This document shows positions 61,690 through 64,000 of a DNA stretch of 64,000 nucleotides, one piece after another. Made by a program: the position numbers and the translations under genes. The first letter of the stretch is position 1. Each line of letters begins with the position of its first letter. The DNA is from Phycisphaerae bacterium. Lineage in GTDB: Bacteria > Planctomycetota > Phycisphaerae > Sedimentisphaerales > Anaerobacaceae. Where the stretch lies: assembly GCA_030619925.1 (NCBI GenBank), contig JAUXAL010000008.1, positions 1,509 through 65,508 of the forward strand, read 5' to 3'. Below the pieces are notes generated by a model that ran no database searches, had not been told where the DNA came from, and saw only the letters and a list, made by a program, of their open reading frames with translations.

Positions 61690-63075
61690 TCACGCCCTTA
61701 GTTTAACACCGGCCGAAACATCCTGCTCCCAGGTGGCCAGCTCATCTTCAAGTGCCTTGACTCTCTCCGGCTCGGCCTCGGCAAGATTCTTCTTTTCAGC
61801 GAGGTCATCATCGAGGTTATAGAGTCTTATATCTTTGCCCTGAACCAGCAGTTTCCATGGCCCTTTGCGGACGGCCCTTTCTTTTCTGTAGCGCCAGAAC
61901 AGCGTCCGCTTCGGCACTTTTCGGCCCTCTACCAGCATCGGTAGAAGGTCGATACCATCGAGCTTCAGGCCCGCCGGCAGTTTTGCCCCGGCGATTGATA
62001 CCATCGTAGCAAACAAGTCCATCCCTAAAGCCGTCTGGCCCGTAACCGTCCCGGGTTTTATTCTCCCCGGCCAATAGGCAACAGCCGGGACGCGGTGCCC
62101 GCCTTCCCATAAGCTGCCTTTGTAGCCGGATAGTGCACCGTTGGAGCCGTTCTTGGTAGCGCCGTTGTCGGAACAGAAAAAGATAAATGTCTTGCGTTCC
62201 AGCCCTAAGCGCTTGACCGTCTCGACAATTCGTCCGATACCCTCATCCATCACCTCGACCATTTCCTTATACGCCCGGGTAATCTCCTTGCCTTTGGCTT
62301 TTTTGCCCTTCCTGCCGCCACCCAGACGCTCCGGCGGGTCGTCCCGGCCCTGGTAAGGATAGTGCGGCGCCTCATGCGGCAGATACAGACAAAATGGTTC
62401 GTCCTTGTGCCGCTCTATAAAATCTATCCCGTGCCTGGTTATCAAATCAGTGCAGTAACCTTCTTCGGGGACCTTCTCGCAATCCTTCCACCAGTCTTCG
62501 AAGCCGGCCCCGTCGATATGCGAGTGATAATCAACATTGCCACTGACATAACCGATAAACTCGTCGAACCCCTGCCTGGCTGGATTGAACTGGACGTTGT
62601 AGCCTAAGTGCCACTTGCCGAAAATGCCCGTCGCGTAACCGTGTTTTCTGAGCACCTCGGCAAAGGTTATTTCTTCCAGCGCAATTCCGGTTTGTCGAGT
62701 CGGCCCTTTTGCATAGATGACGCCCTCGATGCCGCTGCGCTGCTGGTAGCGTCCCGTCAGCAGCGCCGCCCGTGTCGGACTGCACACCGGACAGTTGGAA
62801 TGATAATCCGTAAACTTCATTCCCCCTTTCACCAAGGCATCGATATTGGGCGTCTGTATCTTTTTGCTGCCATAGCAGCCAACGTCCCCGTACCCTAAAT
62901 CATCCGCCATAATCAGGATTATGTTGGGCCGTTCTGCCGCCGTCTTCGAGAAACCACCCACTTTGCCTGTTGAGCAGCCGTAGTTCGGCATCGCCATCGC
63001 TGCTGTTCCCCCAATCGCGAACTTAATAAATTCCCGTCGATTCACCCCGTTAAAAATCCTCGCTTTTTGTCTCAT
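61690..63075 (-). CDS. arylsulfatase-family (formylglycine-dependent) sulfatase with Tat-type signal
   Basis: MRQKARIFNGVNRREFIKF leader after an AAGGAG RBS, PNIILIMADDLGYGD and CSPTRAALLTG motifs. Start moved to ATG 63075, since the upstream ORF part is repeat element. Confidence 0.85.
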   Translation of the reverse strand: MRQKARIFNGVNRREFIKFAIGGTAAMAMPNYGCSTGKVGGFSKTAAERPNIILIMADDLGYGDVGCYGSKKIQTPNIDALVKGGMKFTDYHSNCPVCSPTRAALLTGRYQQRSGIEGVIYAKGPTRQTGIALEEITFAEVLRKHGYATGIFGKWHLGYNVQFNPARQGFDEFIGYVSGNVDYHSHIDGAGFEDWWKDCEKVPEEGYCTDLITRHGIDFIERHKDEPFCLYLPHEAPHYPYQGRDDPPERLGGGRKGKKAKGKEITRAYKEMVEVMDEGIGRIVETVKRLGLERKTFIFFCSDNGATKNGSNGALSGYKGSLWEGGHRVPAVAYWPGRIKPGTVTGQTALGMDLFATMVSIAGAKLPAGLKLDGIDLLPMLVEGRKVPKRTLFWRYRKERAVRKGPWKLLVQGKDIRLYNLDDDLAEKKNLAEAEPERVKALEDELATWEQDVSAGVKLRA

Positions 63076-63090
63076 ATTCTTACTCCTTTT

Positions 63091-63146
63091 GAAATCTTGA
63101 CTCTTGACTGTCGTCAGACAAGTGTCGTCAGACAAGTTTCTAACGG
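63091..63146 (-). repeat. partial copy of the CCGTTAGAA hairpin-element family in the sulfatase 5' leader
   Basis: The minus strand reads ccgttagaaa-cttgtctgacgaca-cttgtctgacgacagtcaag-agtcaagatttc. The 20-mer cttgtctgacgacagtcaag is identical to 48979-48998. Confidence 0.75.
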
Positions 63147-63152
63147 CGTTCA

Positions 63153-64000
63153 TCACGGCGTAGCCAGATACAAACGTTTATTCGCCGCGGCGGTTCTTTT
63201 GACGTCCATCTTTATCATTGCTCTGTCATACGTCATCAGGCCGTTTACCTCAATTTCCACATCGGTCGTCTGCGTATATACTCCGGCACACAGGCCACCG
63301 CCAATCAGCGAACGCAAATTATCGAGCAGAACTAAGTACGCATCGGTAAGTTCCTCACTGGTTTTATAACTGCGGTATCCCCAGTTCTTTTCGTCCTGCC
63401 AGGTGTGGCCTTTGACCGGCAGGCCGAGACCGCCGAACTCACCGAGCACCGCAGCGCGTTTTTCTTCCGTTGGTGGCGCAGCCGGGCCGGGGTACTTGTG
63501 AATATCGTGCACGTCACCGACCCTGCGGTCGGCCCAGCCGCTGGCCTGGTTCACCAGACGCGTTGGGTCGCGCTTCTTGACCAAATCGGCGATCCGCGCT
63601 GTGTCGTATTGTCCCCAGCCTTCGTTAAAGGGCACCCACATCACGATACAGGGATGGTTGCCGAAAGCATCGATGAGGCGCTTTAACTCCAGTTCAAACT
63701 GCCCGGCTGACTCATCGCTGCGCTTGATGTCGGGACCCTTGCGACCAACATGCCGGTCGCCGTTGGGCATATCCTGCCAGACCATCAATCCCAGCTTGTC
63801 GCACCAGTAGTACAGCCGTGCAGGTTCTACTTTGACGTGCTTGCGCAGCATATTACAGCCCAACCGCTTCAATACCTCGATGTCATAGCGCAGCGCTTTA
63901 TCTGTCGGTGCAGTGTACAGCCCGTCAGGCCACCAGCCCTGGTCGAGTGGGCCGAAGTGAAACAGTGATTTATTGTTCAGAAAAATCCGCGTAACACCGC
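63153..64000 (-). CDS. glycoside hydrolase family 2 (C-terminal part; gene continues beyond the window)
   Basis: The frame stays open to position 64000 (hand-translated GVTRIFLNNKSLFHFGPLDQGWWPDGLYTAPTDKALRYDIEVLKRLGCNMLRKH). WVPFNEGWG contains the GH2 acid/base NE motif. Confidence 0.75.
   Translation of the reverse strand, partial: GVTRIFLNNKSLFHFGPLDQGWWPDGLYTAPTDKALRYDIEVLKRLGCNMLRKHVKVEPARLYYWCDKLGLMVWQDMPNGDRHVGRKGPDIKRSDESAGQFELELKRLIDAFGNHPCIVMWVPFNEGWGQYDTARIADLVKKRDPTRLVNQASGWADRRVGDVHDIHKYPGPAAPPTEEKRAAVLGEFGGLGLPVKGHTWQDEKNWGYRSYKTSEELTDAYLVLLDNLRSLIGGGLCAGVYTQTTDVEIEVNGLMTYDRAMIKMDVKRTAAANKRLYLATP

Noticed and set aside
61425-61706. 93-aa plus-strand ORF
   Set aside because: It begins in the 9-nt AT-rich repeat, runs into the convergent sulfatase stop region and carries no motif.

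Overview
This is a 64 kb bacterial chromosomal segment that is densely coding, with no rRNA, CRISPR, transposase, integrase or phage genes visible. The gene content points to an anaerobic PVC-type organism, most like Planctomycetota/Phycisphaerae; this is inference only. The supporting content is many prepilin-leader DUF1559/H-X9-DG-like proteins, sulfatases, a PEP-CTERM protein and a GH2 enzyme. Recognisable blocks:
- Housekeeping genes: ribH-nusB, hemL, rnc, queA, mnmA, comM, tRNA-Leu(UAA) and tRNA-Val(CAC).
- A TPP-riboswitch-controlled thiS-thiG-thiH operon.
- A CsoR-controlled copper efflux cluster: CusB-like adaptor, YHS lipoprotein and CusA-like RND pump.
- An 11-gene, Rrf2-headed sulfur assimilation operon of the protein-thiocarboxylate type: APS reductase, MetY, ThiS-like carrier, E1-like enzyme, JAMM protease, sulfite reductase-TusA fusion, CysK and MnmA.
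- xylB-xylA, two sulfatases and a partial GH2.
- A tandem array of eight prepilin-leader paralogs.

The most unusual signals are not genes.
1. A family of short hairpin/palindromic elements (CCGTTAGAA...TTCTAACGG and others) sits in 5' leaders. It has also inserted in frame into coding sequences: thiH, hemL, xylB and the cleaved leader peptides of three pilin-like genes, where it is flanked by 9-bp direct repeats.
2. Degenerate tandem heptanucleotide arrays lie immediately upstream of many start codons.
3. A low-GC three-gene cassette beside tRNA-Leu (pol-beta nucleotidyltransferase, small helical protein, nucleoside 2-deoxyribosyltransferase-like protein) looks like an uncharacterised nucleotide-centred conflict system.

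All functional calls rest on motifs read from the ORF translations. No database search was possible.
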